A program made the translations under genes and the position numbers. Of a DNA stretch of 64,000 bases, positions 10,950-21,900 are shown in pieces (position 1 is the first letter of the stretch; each line of letters starts with the position of its first letter). The notes below the pieces were generated by a model that was not told the DNA's origin, ran no database searches, and worked only from the letters and a program-made list of their open reading frames with translations. This stretch comes from a virus (Duplodnaviria > Caudoviricetes). The stretch is taken from positions 138,815-202,814 of IMG/VR virus record IMGVR_UViG_3300031669_005479; one strand, 5' to 3'.

Positions 10950-11426
10950 ATGCCATTAATTTTAGATGCATGTTGTGGTGGTCGTCAATTTTGGTTTGAT
11001 AAAGAAAATCCAGATGTATTATTTGCAGATAATCGTGTAATGCAACCTAAAATGGTTGGAAGTGGAAAAGATGGTCGTATTCGAAAATGTTTGCCAGATA
11101 GAGTTATGGATTTTCGAAATATGGACGTAGCAGATCAAACTTTTAAACTTGTTGTATTTGATCCACCACACCTATTTTTAGGTGAAAATAGTTATATGGC
11201 TCAAAGTTATGGCAGTTTAGATAGACAAACATGAAAAGAAGATATCACTAAGGGATTTTCAGAATGTTTTAGAGTAATTAAAGATGATGGCATTTTAATA
11301 TTTAAATGGAACGAATCTGATATTTTATTAAAAGAAATATTAAAATTAACTACATATAAGCCATTATTTGGTCATCCTTCAGGAAAAGCGCAAAAAACGC
11401 ATTGAGTATGTTTTATGAAACATTAG
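10950..11426 (+). pseudogene. SAM-dependent DNA methyltransferase with two in-frame TGA codons (pseudogene or UGA read-through)
   Basis: ILDACCGG motif I and VVFDPPH catalytic motif; the frame continues past TGA at 11232 and TGA at 11403 as KEDITKGFSECFRV...IFKWNE...KTH*VCFMKH to TAG at 11424. Confidence 0.8.
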
Positions 11427-11443
11427 TTTAAATATGTCTGATT

Positions 11444-11722
11444 ATGATATGGATAGTAAAAATAGAAAATAAAATAAATCAAAGAATTAAAGTGGTTTTT
11501 GACCCAATGTCTGAACAATTAACATTTACGGGTCAATTTAAACCACATAATGAAATGTGGACAGATTTTAGTGAAGAAACACATTCAATAAATATTGATT
11601 TAACAACAATCAGTAATTTATTATTTGATGTGCAGCAAAAAATGGAAGAAAGATTATCCACATACAAAAATGTTGAAGAAGTGTTTAGTAAAATAAAAAT
11701 TGTTGAGATTAATGGGAAATAA
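11444..11722 (+). CDS. hypothetical protein
   Basis: 92-aa ORF. Confidence 0.65.
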   Translation: MIWIVKIENKINQRIKVVFDPMSEQLTFTGQFKPHNEMWTDFSEETHSINIDLTTISNLLFDVQQKMEERLSTYKNVEEVFSKIKIVEINGK

Positions 11723-11751
11723 ATAGATTGGAGATAACATATCTCCAATTT

Positions 11752-13254
11752 TTAATACTTCCATCGAAAATTATTTACAATTTTTTCGTTTTTACACCAT
11801 CTTGATATTGTTGATTGATTTACATTTTCGTGTATACTTGCAATTTGTGTTGAATCGTATTCTATTATATTATTTGTTATAGTGTTAATCTTATATACTT
11901 TTTTACATAACACAGTTTTTTGTTTATCCGATAATCCAAGCAGTTTTTTTGTTTTACTTATTTTTTTCTTAGTGTCATCATCACGATTTTTTCCAAGCCA
12001 ATATTTTGGTGAGTTTGCGGATAAATATTCCCTTTCTTCTTCGGTTTTTATTTTACCATATTTTTTAGCTTCATCCGTACCCGATTTAGCAATTCTTCTG
12101 TCAATCCAAACATTAGTTTGTTTTATTCCAATATGTGACCTAGACATTCTCTCAAGTGTTTCTGTATTGGGAATCGCATTTCTACCTCCCAATTCAATAT
12201 TATAGCCGAATTCTTTTTGATTTGATTTATATTGTTGGATGTAATTAATTTCTTTTTCATTTAATTCATTTATATCTTTGGCAGTATCAATAACCTCAAA
12301 TTTAAAATTATAAAATTCATATTTTTTAAATGAATTATATAGATGTTGATTAGAATTGATATTATTATATAATAAAGATTTTTTGTATTCACCAATTCTT
12401 TTACTCAATTCTCTTGTTGTTTGGCCAATATAAACCTTGTTGTTTGTTAGATTAGTAATCTTATAAATAAAACCAAATATGACATGTTGTGTTGAATCAA
12501 GAAATAATTGATATTTATATTTCCCACAGTCCCAAATTCTAACGTATCCAAGTTCTTTAGCCAATTCAGATTCAGTCTTATTTTCATTAAAAATATTTGG
12601 AAATTTTAATTTAATTTGAGATTTACCTAAGTTAAATTTATGTAATAATTTACCGTTTTTATAGTAGAGATAGTCTTGTGGTAGTGTTTTTGTTAATTTA
12701 AAGCCATTTTTTGAATATATATTATCTTTACTTAACGTCCATCTTTTATTTGCAAATGTGGTAATTTTAGTTGGCTTATATTGAACAATAAATTTATTTA
12801 ACATCTTCGGGAAGATGCCAATAACAACATAATTATTGTCAGTTGCAAACCTAGATAATTCATACTCATTATCTATTTTCCCCCCATTAAAAGTTCTTTT
12901 ATCATCAAAAGTTAATACTGCAATTAATTTATTTTCATAATATGCACCATAACATATATTTGACCTATCAGTTCCTTGTATATGATTCAGATTTAAAAAT
13001 TTATTTTTATTTATATTATCTATTTCAGATATAATACATTTTCTGGCAAAGATTTTTTCGGAAATTTCATTATTATGATATTTAATCGATTTTTTTATAA
13101 TTTTCTTTTTTGATAATTCTGCTGAATAATAAACATATGTTTTTTTATTGTTCTCTTGTAAAATTTTAACTGATTTTCTATTGGAGAGAATGTTAATATC
13201 TTTTTCTTCATGAAGAAAAAGAAAAATTGAATCAAAAGTTTCTATCTTTTTCAT
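11752..13254 (-). CDS. Hef-like plus GIY-YIG fusion homing endonuclease
   Basis: N-terminal ARKC...NHIQG...ELSRFA...RIWDCG domain, then GFIYKITN...VYIGQT GIY-YIG and NUMOD-like C-terminal repeats. Confidence 0.85.
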   Translation of the reverse strand: MKKIETFDSIFLFLHEEKDINILSNRKSVKILQENNKKTYVYYSAELSKKKIIKKSIKYHNNEISEKIFARKCIISEIDNINKNKFLNLNHIQGTDRSNICYGAYYENKLIAVLTFDDKRTFNGGKIDNEYELSRFATDNNYVVIGIFPKMLNKFIVQYKPTKITTFANKRWTLSKDNIYSKNGFKLTKTLPQDYLYYKNGKLLHKFNLGKSQIKLKFPNIFNENKTESELAKELGYVRIWDCGKYKYQLFLDSTQHVIFGFIYKITNLTNNKVYIGQTTRELSKRIGEYKKSLLYNNINSNQHLYNSFKKYEFYNFKFEVIDTAKDINELNEKEINYIQQYKSNQKEFGYNIELGGRNAIPNTETLERMSRSHIGIKQTNVWIDRRIAKSGTDEAKKYGKIKTEEEREYLSANSPKYWLGKNRDDDTKKKISKTKKLLGLSDKQKTVLCKKVYKINTITNNIIEYDSTQIASIHENVNQSTISRWCKNEKIVNNFRWKY

Positions 13255-13293
13255 ATGGACATTATTTACTTATGTATAAATACGCACAAACAT

Positions 13294-13325
13294 AAAAAAA
13301 GGTTGCAATATTTGCAACCCTTTTT
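13294..13325 (-). terminator. terminator downstream of the major capsid gene
   Basis: AAAAAAAGGTTGCAA-tat-TTGCAACCCTTTT hairpin. Confidence 0.75.
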
Positions 13326-13349
13326 AAAATTATATTTCGATATTATCGA

Positions 13350-15053
13350 TTATTGTAAATCACCGATTCCGAAAGTCTGAAGACCGTCGCAATATACTCT
13401 ACCGTAATAACGGTTAAGAACCATTTTCTTTGCATACCTTGTCATAATACCACGAATTGGTGTAAAGTCAAAAGGATTGTACATGACTGGTGTTAATTGC
13501 ATTGGAACGTATGGAGCGTATATGTATCCGGTCTCTAAGATGCTAGTTCCCTTATGTCCAATAAGCATTGTGTTTGCTGGAGCATATGGGTCACGATAGA
13601 TTATGTAACGTCCACCAAGAGTACCGATTTTCTCAATACCCATGTTATACTTGTCCTGTTCTGGAGCAGCATTACTTACGTGGAAATATTCTAAGTCATC
13701 AAATACAGCAGAAATTTCAGGAGAAACTACTACCCATGATGCACCACCACGAAGGGTTGATTTATGGATTTGTGCAGAAATTTGGTTGATCTTTGTTAAC
13801 AAAGTCTGATTCCAGTCTTTCTGTACACCATAGTAAGTGTTAGTACCCTTACGTAGTCCATTATAGTCCCATCTTGCGGTCCAAGCTGCACCACGTCTAA
13901 GGTCACGAAGAATTTCACGGTCAATTTCTGCAGCCATTTGCTCAGAAAGTAGGGCAGTTAATTCAGCCTCAGCATCAATGTTATGGAAAGCACTTACGTC
14001 TTGTGCAAGTTCAGGTGTCCACATAGCACGCATTTTACGTGTTTCTACAGATACGGTAACTTGGTCAAGCACGAATGTAACTTCAGCCATTCTTGAATCT
14101 TCTTCAATATCACTGTAACTTCTGTAAGTTGCTGTGAAAGTAGTAGCACCAGTTGCACCACTAAGTGCCTGATAACCGTTAGCACCTGGATACTGTACGT
14201 CAACAACAAGAGTAATTTTACCTGTTGTATCTACAATACCTTGTCCATATTTCTGAACCTTTACGTTGAAAGGAATTACACTACCTGCGGTAATGGTTTC
14301 ACTTGCGTATGGTGCAGGAGCAGTCAAGTCTTTATTTGCGAAAATTTGTAAACCAGCAAGGAATGACTCGGTATCAATTTGAACACCTTGTGGGCCAATC
14401 AATTTACCATCATTAGTTGTGCTGAAACCAGTAAGACTAATTGTTGCAAATTTGTCAGTTCCTAAAGTAAATCCTGCAGCAGTTAAACCAGATACAGAGT
14501 GTGCTGTGATAGAACCTTTTGAACGGTCAAATAATGAAGTACCTTCAGTATTGTATTCAGATGCATAAAATGCGTCATACAATGAACGTGTTTCGAATTG
14601 AGTTTTTACGTTTGCAGCCTTAGTTGCAGCGTTTCCATATGCGCCATCTGGTGATGTTTGCATACCTGTCGAACCATCGGTCCCAACATTAGGATTAGCT
14701 GTATTATCAACAACTCTAACGCTAGTTTTTGGGTTGATAAAATACAATTTACCAATTGGTAAGTTAAGTGCCTGTACTGACACGATATCATTTGCTAAAA
14801 GTTTAGCAAATACTCTACGGATTACAGGGAATGCAACTGTTTCAAACTGTCCACTTGAAGAAGAATCTGACGACTCATTAATCATGTGTGATAGTTGGTT
14901 TTCAAATAACTGCGCACAGTTTTCTCTTACATTACCTTCCAAACCTTCTAGCAGACCAATTTTTTCCCATCTGTTAGTGGTTATTTCTCTTTGCTCACGA
15001 AGTTGTTTTAATCCAATATTACCAACTTCAGCAGATTCCATTAAAAATCCCAT
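13350..15053 (-). CDS. major capsid protein (T4 gp23-like)
   Basis: FPVIRRVF, VQALNLPIG, RKMRAMWTPELAQDVSAFHNIDAEAELT, EIDREI, YAPYVPM, GIMTRY. Confidence 0.97.
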   Translation of the reverse strand: MGFLMESAEVGNIGLKQLREQREITTNRWEKIGLLEGLEGNVRENCAQLFENQLSHMINESSDSSSSGQFETVAFPVIRRVFAKLLANDIVSVQALNLPIGKLYFINPKTSVRVVDNTANPNVGTDGSTGMQTSPDGAYGNAATKAANVKTQFETRSLYDAFYASEYNTEGTSLFDRSKGSITAHSVSGLTAAGFTLGTDKFATISLTGFSTTNDGKLIGPQGVQIDTESFLAGLQIFANKDLTAPAPYASETITAGSVIPFNVKVQKYGQGIVDTTGKITLVVDVQYPGANGYQALSGATGATTFTATYRSYSDIEEDSRMAEVTFVLDQVTVSVETRKMRAMWTPELAQDVSAFHNIDAEAELTALLSEQMAAEIDREILRDLRRGAAWTARWDYNGLRKGTNTYYGVQKDWNQTLLTKINQISAQIHKSTLRGGASWVVVSPEISAVFDDLEYFHVSNAAPEQDKYNMGIEKIGTLGGRYIIYRDPYAPANTMLIGHKGTSILETGYIYAPYVPMQLTPVMYNPFDFTPIRGIMTRYAKKMVLNRYYGRVYCDGLQTFGIGDLQ

Positions 15054-15078
15054 TTTATTGTTTTTATTATTTATTTAA

Positions 15079-16701
15079 TTATTTTTTTTTGCCCCTATTT
15101 TCTACGTAATTAATGACATTTTTCATTCTATTAAGATGTTCATTATTTGCGTATGCCGTTTTTTCAACAACCTCATCAAGTTTTTGCTTTGAGGATGGTT
15201 GTATTGAGGCAGATACTTTATTCTCAATATTTTCAGTTAAAGTTTTTTTACTACCTTTCATTTCTGTAAGGATTGTTTTATACTTTTTCTGTGATTCAGA
15301 AATGCTATCAACTCGTTTAAATTCGTTGATAATCCTAATCTTATCCTCTTGTGTTAAAGCAAGACTTTCATTCACCAATAGGTTATTAACATGTGCCAAA
15401 TTGGTGTTGAATGTGGCCATTTCTTTCAATTGATTGCGATACTTTTCAAGTGCAGATTTGTATTGTTCAATCAATGTGCTTGCTGATTGTTTGTATTTCT
15501 TGGTTTCATTTAATTTTTTTGTTAATTTTTTGTTCTCTTCAATTAAACTACCAATCTTCATGTTTGATTCTCTCATTTCTGGACGTTTCTTATTTACAGC
15601 ACCAGAAGGTTTATATTCATTACCTGGTATTTGTGCCGTTTGGTGTCTCATATTTGAAAGATTACTAGCAATAGTTTCGTCAACTGGTTGCTCACTTCCT
15701 AATACAGAATTAACGTCATCAATAGAAATTTCGTCATCATCTTCTTCATCAATCAGCGGATTTCCCTGATGTAACTTAGCAACTTGGTCATGTGAACCAA
15801 ATCTCTGTTCATCTCCCTTAGCATGCATTTCGTCCATGCCAATTTCATCAATTAATTTATTGTCAATATGTGGTGAACTGTCTGCGTGTTGTCTCGAAAT
15901 TTGACTTTTGGTTCCATATCTTTCACCACCAGCAGCATGCATTTCTTCCATGTTCATGCCATTAAGTATTTCATCTAGTTGATTTTTTAAACCAACAAGT
16001 TGATTAAATGCAATTCCTTTATTATCTTTTTCCATATATGATGGTGAATCTTGGTTAATATCTCTAAGTTCTTCCATTTCTGAAATTTCTTTTTCAATGT
16101 CTTCCATGCCAATTACGTCATCATCGCCATCATCGTCGATAAAAATTTCATCATCGTCCTCAACACCTTCTAATGCCATACCCGCATCATGTACGTTAAG
16201 TTCTGTTATGTCAAATTCTTCGGTCACCTTTTGAAGAGGTTTTTTAGTTTTTTCGTTAAATGGTTTGCCTTCACCTGCAGTTTCTTCTACCTTTTTATTA
16301 CCCTTTGCTTTTTCTGTAAATGGGTCTGGCTTACCAACAGTATCAGTGATTTTTACATCTTCTTCTACTTTTGCAACTTTTTGCGCTGCTTTTTCAAAGG
16401 GTTTGCCCTTTCCTGCAGTTTCTTCAACCTTCTTGGTCTCTTTTTCTTGATTTTTCATAACAGATTCTTCATTATTTAGGTTTGATTCATCTTCCTCAGA
16501 TTCTTCAACATTGTCCAATTTTTTATAGGACTCTTTTGTTTTTTTATTTTTATTTTGTAGTTCTTCCTTTAACAGACTATTAAATTTCTCTGGAAATTCG
16601 TCTGCCAATTTTTTTTTGGCATTTGCATCCGCAGCCTCTTTGATTGCGTTATAATCTGTTAATGCATCTTTTAGTATTGATGGTTTTTTATCGTCTTTCA
16701 T
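15079..16701 (-). CDS. prohead core scaffold protein (gp22-like)
   Basis: Very acidic coiled coil between protease and capsid genes; C-terminal NLAHVNNLLVNESL...FKRV segment. Confidence 0.8.
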   Translation of the reverse strand: MKDDKKPSILKDALTDYNAIKEAADANAKKKLADEFPEKFNSLLKEELQNKNKKTKESYKKLDNVEESEEDESNLNNEESVMKNQEKETKKVEETAGKGKPFEKAAQKVAKVEEDVKITDTVGKPDPFTEKAKGNKKVEETAGEGKPFNEKTKKPLQKVTEEFDITELNVHDAGMALEGVEDDDEIFIDDDGDDDVIGMEDIEKEISEMEELRDINQDSPSYMEKDNKGIAFNQLVGLKNQLDEILNGMNMEEMHAAGGERYGTKSQISRQHADSSPHIDNKLIDEIGMDEMHAKGDEQRFGSHDQVAKLHQGNPLIDEEDDDEISIDDVNSVLGSEQPVDETIASNLSNMRHQTAQIPGNEYKPSGAVNKKRPEMRESNMKIGSLIEENKKLTKKLNETKKYKQSASTLIEQYKSALEKYRNQLKEMATFNTNLAHVNNLLVNESLALTQEDKIRIINEFKRVDSISESQKKYKTILTEMKGSKKTLTENIENKVSASIQPSSKQKLDEVVEKTAYANNEHLNRMKNVINYVENRGKKK

Positions 16702-16822
16702 ATTATTAAATATCGTATCTAATACAATAATTTTTATATAAATACATTCTTATTATAAAAAAGTATTATTTAAACCCAAATTTATTGGTTCTTTGAAAAA
16801 TTATATTTATATTGCAAAACAC

Positions 16823-17536
16823 CTATAGTATGAATTTATCTAAAGCAGTTATTAACTTATTGTTATCTTCCCTAAGATAAATACCGTTTTTATTAACATA
16901 ATTCTCAGAAAAATTTGCATCATTATGCTTATCAAAGAATAAATAAGCACCAGGAGTACTAGGTGTTGCAACTAAGTCAAAACCAATTAATTCAAAATCA
17001 TTTTGAACTAGATTTTCCCCATTTACTTCCTTAAGTGTACCAACACCACGACTTGAAATACCTAACTTGATTTTGTTTTGTAGGTATAATACAATCTTAT
17101 CCCCAATCACTGAAACAATGCCATATTTAATGTAACCTGGACTGACAATTAATTTTAATTGACCATATAAAATATTTTCTTTATTACCCTCACCCCACCA
17201 CATTTTAGTAATCATATGTGAAATGTTTTGTAATGAGATAATGCTTGAATCTGGATGATCAGCTTCTGATACGGCACTATTTGTTTTTACCAATTCCTCG
17301 TATACTTGAACCTGTGGCACTAGAACATCTTTTGGATATATCCGACCATTTTTGTTTTTAACTCCCCATTTTTGCAAAATACAGTTAACTAAAACTGGTT
17401 CATTTGGTTTGAGTTCAAAGTTTTCATTGAGAATATCTCTATTAGTTTCTGAACTAATAAATCCAGCATCATGTTCAATTAAAATCATTTTCTCTCCAAA
17501 TCTATTTTCAGAATAGAAATCAATATATTTTGTCAT
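16823..17536 (-). CDS. prohead protease (T4 gp21-like)
   Basis: NKNGRIYP, SEADHPD, SHMITKMWW, GISSRGVG, FDLVATPSTPGA; start placed at the ATG just after the upstream HEG stop. Confidence 0.93.
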   Translation of the reverse strand: MTKYIDFYSENRFGEKMILIEHDAGFISSETNRDILNENFELKPNEPVLVNCILQKWGVKNKNGRIYPKDVLVPQVQVYEELVKTNSAVSEADHPDSSIISLQNISHMITKMWWGEGNKENILYGQLKLIVSPGYIKYGIVSVIGDKIVLYLQNKIKLGISSRGVGTLKEVNGENLVQNDFELIGFDLVATPSTPGAYLFFDKHNDANFSENYVNKNGIYLREDNNKLITALDKFIL

Positions 17537-17540
17537 AAGT

Positions 17541-18227
17541 TTATTCTTTATATTTCCATTTATATCCACCAGCAGTTTTTTTTCTATTATTACAAACATC
17601 TGTGATGGTACATCTATTAATTTTTAATTCTTTTGAGGCAACAACAATTCCTTTCCAAGTACTTATATAATTATCATATAAGTCATATTGAATTATACAT
17701 CTATAATGTTTAGAACTTTCAGGTCTTTTTTTACCATACATTGGGTTTCCAATACCAGTGCGATGAATTGATAAACTAATTCTACCTTCTAAACTAATTT
17801 TTCGCTGTTTAGCACTCGTTTTCATTTTTTCCTTACTTTCATTGGTGAAGGTTCTATTTTTTAATGCATCTGATATTTTTTTATTTATAATGGGTCCTTG
17901 ATTACCACCACGACCACCATTTGCAATATTGGTTAAATTAAATCCCCACATTTTCATTGTCTCAATCCAATAAGTTTCCCAAAAACCCCAATCATTATTA
18001 TTGACTTCATCAAGTACTTCAATAACTGGTTTTAAATTTTTAGATAATAACGATTTAATCCAATTGTTTTTATGTGTTTTAGCATATTTACATTTTCTTA
18101 TATGTTCACCTAATCTTAATTTTAAATTATCTGATTTACCAACATATCTAATTTCATTAGTAATTGGGTCAGATAGTGTATATATAAATGTTGTTTCAGT
18201 ATCACCTGCTTGTAATATTCTACTCAT
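17541..18227 (-). CDS. GIY-YIG homing endonuclease with NUMOD3/NUMOD1 domains
   Basis: FIYTLSDP...RYVGKS, NLTNIANGG, NPMYGK, KTAGGYKWKY. Confidence 0.9.
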   Translation of the reverse strand: MSRILQAGDTETTFIYTLSDPITNEIRYVGKSDNLKLRLGEHIRKCKYAKTHKNNWIKSLLSKNLKPVIEVLDEVNNNDWGFWETYWIETMKMWGFNLTNIANGGRGGNQGPIINKKISDALKNRTFTNESKEKMKTSAKQRKISLEGRISLSIHRTGIGNPMYGKKRPESSKHYRCIIQYDLYDNYISTWKGIVVASKELKINRCTITDVCNNRKKTAGGYKWKYKE

Positions 18228-18260
18228 TTTAAATATATTTTATATAAATAGTTTTAATTA

Positions 18261-18416
18261 CTATTTTGTCTCAGTAATTGGTTTTGGTTTTTCGTTGTTG
18301 ATAAATTTTTCATTAACGATATAGATATTTTCTATAAATGCCTTTGTTTCCAACTTATTGATTATGTTCACAAGTGTTGTGTTAACTTCTCTGAGTTTAT
18401 CGAGTTTTTTTGACAT
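18261..18416 (-). CDS. small hypothetical protein (51 aa, not in the ORF track)
   Basis: MSKKLDKLREVNTTLVNIINKLETKAFIENIYIVNEKFINNEKPKPITETK, in tandem with its neighbours. Confidence 0.5.
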   Translation of the reverse strand: MSKKLDKLREVNTTLVNIINKLETKAFIENIYIVNEKFINNEKPKPITETK

Positions 18417-18430
18417 AATTATTTTAATAA

Positions 18431-18913
18431 TTATTCGATCTTTGTTATTTTTTCAACCTTTGTTTGGATTTCATCAAGTTTCTTTAATATTTTTTCTGAT
18501 TCGACTCTTCCAATTTTTTCACTTAAATCTAATAGTGTTGAGACACCATTTAATACATGTAGAGTTTCCTTTTCTGATTCAATCCACTGACGGCTTCTTT
18601 CTTCTTCACGCTTTAGCATTTCCACTCTTATTTTTTCAAGTGTGTCTGAATGTTCTTTTCTAATAATATCAATCTTTGCTGAGTGTTGCTGCTGCATTGT
18701 CTTTATGCCATTATTTTTCCTTTTCAATTCTTTCATCATGATTGTTGTAATAATAATAATTACCAGAATAAGTGAGAGAAACAAATAGAAATATTCATTC
18801 TGCCACACAGGGTGCAAACTGTGTTGGATGGCTTGTTGTAGCTGTAATAATATTAGTTGAAATTGCATAATTTTTGGTTTACTAATAAATAGTATTAATA
18901 TGTCGATTATCAT
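18431..18913 (-). CDS. single-TM coiled-coil protein (holin-like possible)
   Basis: YFYLFLSLILVIIIITTI transmembrane segment followed by a charged coiled coil. Confidence 0.6.
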   Translation of the reverse strand: MIIDILILFISKPKIMQFQLILLQLQQAIQHSLHPVWQNEYFYLFLSLILVIIIITTIMMKELKRKNNGIKTMQQQHSAKIDIIRKEHSDTLEKIRVEMLKREEERSRQWIESEKETLHVLNGVSTLLDLSEKIGRVESEKILKKLDEIQTKVEKITKIE

Positions 18914-18966
18914 ATTAATAATTTATATTTTTTGTTATTTAGTATTTATGTGAAAATCAAATAAAA

Positions 18967-21900
18967 ATGTCAAGTCAACCTACGAATAAATATAGTTCAA
19001 CTGTCAGAAATGGTAATGTAATACTTGTTGAACCAAATTCAATAAATATTAATACAACAAATATTGGTAATATTCCATTTGTAAATGGTGTTCCAGAATA
19101 TCAGGATATGTATATATTCGCAGAATTAAGTGCTGAAAGTAGGGGCAGAACGCTTATTATTAATAATAATGGAAGCAGTAGCAATGGAACTAAGGTTAAT
19201 TTAATGGGTGTTAATCAAGACAGTAGTGTTGGAAATCCAGATTTGAATAAATTTACTACAAACTATTACGATGGTAGTATGGGCACTCGTGAAGTGCTTG
19301 AAAGTTTTGGTATTAGTAGTATTAAGGTCACAGTAAATTCATCTTATGTGCCACAAGTAAATATTCAATTTATTGACATTAGAGGTTTGTCATTTTTTAA
19401 TCAAGAAAAATCACCATATAGAATATTATTTGATTTTCCACCCCCAATATTTACACTAACAATTAAAGGTTATTATGGAAGGGCGTTAAGATATCAATTA
19501 CATTTGGTGAAATATACATCTGAATTTCAAGCCCATAGCGGTAATTTTGTGATTGATGCTGATTTTGTTGCAATGACATTTGCACCATTATCAGACATAC
19601 TATTTAGATATATTGTAAATGTGCCGTTAATTATTAGTCATGCTGCAAGTCCAAATCCTGCTTCTCCACCTGTAAACACAAATGATTTAATCATTAAATT
19701 ACGTGGATTGTATTCAAGAATACGTGATAAAATAAATACTCAAACAGAAACAAAATCATATGATGAAATACTCAACCAGCAAAAGACTATTGCAAATGTA
19801 TTGGATATAATCAATGGCTTTGGAAATAATAGTAGGTTAACGCAAGGTGGTGCAGTTCCATATATGATGGTAAAAACTGTTGAAACTAATGCGAATTGGA
19901 TTATAAAAAATTCCCCACCAACTCAACCAGATGAATATGCAGTATTACAGAGAATAAAAACAAGTAGTGATTATGACACAATAATTAAGCAGCAAGAAAC
20001 TGATGGTACGACAACAACTTTTGTAAATAGATTACTTATTGGATATGTTGCAGAAACAAACTTATCGTCGTCTGATACTGGTGATACAAAACCAACATTT
20101 CCTTCATATACTGGAAATACATTACATTTTAGTGATTTATCTGATAATTTAAATTACTACGCTAAACTATTAATGGATAATCAGCCAACTAGTAATAGAT
20201 TAACTGTTAATAGTGCTGATAAAAATATATACAACGGTAAAAATATTAGTAATGATGGTAACAGTAGAACTAGATATGTAGTAATTGATATTACTGATTA
20301 TTATAATGCAATATATAAAATAAGTGATAAGTTAGAGAAACAAAGGATTGAACTTGGTAATCAGATTAACGTAAAAGTTAATGCAATTACTATTGGGGAA
20401 TTAGGTATGTTGCCAACAATTTATAATGTATTTAAAATAATATTGGATGATGTTGATGACTTCTTTTCTCAACTCAGGACAGTATCGTTGAATGCAGAAA
20501 CAGAACATAATAAAAGTACAGCCAAGGCAATAATTTTAGGTGAAGATAAGAGTGTTAACCCCAAGGATAATTATGTATATTCATTTCCATTGATTGTTAG
20601 ACGTTCAGATAATGGCAGCGAAGAAAGAATAGCACCTGTTGAATTAAGTAAAAGAACTGCATTTCCCGAATTAGACTTTGTTCAAAATTTTATAGATACT
20701 TTTCAGCAACAACACGCATTAAATATTCAAAATGATTTAAGAAATCAACAAAACGCTGATGGCTCATTCAAATGGATTCCAATATCACCACTAGATTCAA
20801 CAATTGGTGGTGGAACAGCACAAAGTCCATATATTGGATTAGATACATCAGGTTCTTCCGACGATAAAATCACACAAGTATATAAAATATTGTTGAGAAG
20901 ATATTATATTCTAAGTCAGGCAATAATGCCAGATGAATTTGGTGGAATCGACGATAATGGAAAAAGAAGCGATGCATTTCGTACATTGTATGCAAATGCC
21001 GAGGCAAGTAATTTAGCAGAAGCACTTTCCGCATCACTAAACACAGATTTTTTGAGTAAAATGAAAGATGAATCGTTACAATATAATTCTGCAACTAAAA
21101 TTAGTAAGTTCTATAATAATATTAAAGATATAACCGATATTGATGCCCAAGGAAATACAATCAAATTAACTAATTTCCCAAATAATACAGTAAAAGGTTT
21201 TAAGTTAAATCCAAACGATGATATTATTTCATATGTTGATAAAGGTAATATTGATTTTCATGGTGTTAATTTAAATGTTGGACTTATTGAAATACGTGAT
21301 AAAACAAGTGATCCAAGTGAATCAACAGACCCTGTTGAAAAATTCTTTTCTGATGCTCAAGGTAGTTGGTGGAAAACAATATTTATTGGTGAACCAAATG
21401 TATATTGGTATGATTTTTCACTTCAGAATGTGTTTTATATTAGGGATGGACAAGATGAAGAAAGTAAAAAGGATTCTACTGTGGATGGAATTGTACTTAA
21501 GTCAATATATTTGGCATCACCTAATGTTATGTCAACTGTATATTATTATCAGGACTATTATAAAGCATTGGCTAAAGGTAATAATATATGGGAAAGTGCT
21601 GGTGCAAAAAGTAGTACAAATTTAAATAGTTCAACTGATATTACCAAAGTTTGGAGTTCATTTCTGGGTGATTTTGGTAGTATTGTGTATAGTGACATAA
21701 TTGCTCCTGACAATAGTGATGCATCAAAACTTTTGAGTGCAATGTATATTCTTTCTAATTTTGGTAATACATACGGACCATTCAATGTTGTTGGAAACGA
21801 TTTAAATTATAATGTATTTAGTCAACCCGCTGCAGTTGAAGTTCCAACATTTTTTCCTGCATATATTGGTGCACTCGTTCATGCACTTGAGGGAGATGGT

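Noticed and set aside
13568-16479. Short ORFs overlapping the capsid and scaffold genes
   Set aside because: Shadow frames of well-supported genes with no independent start signals or motifs.
17537-17599. Longer protease start given in the track
   Set aside because: It overlaps the 3' end of the GIY-YIG gene; the ATG at 17536 follows that stop directly.
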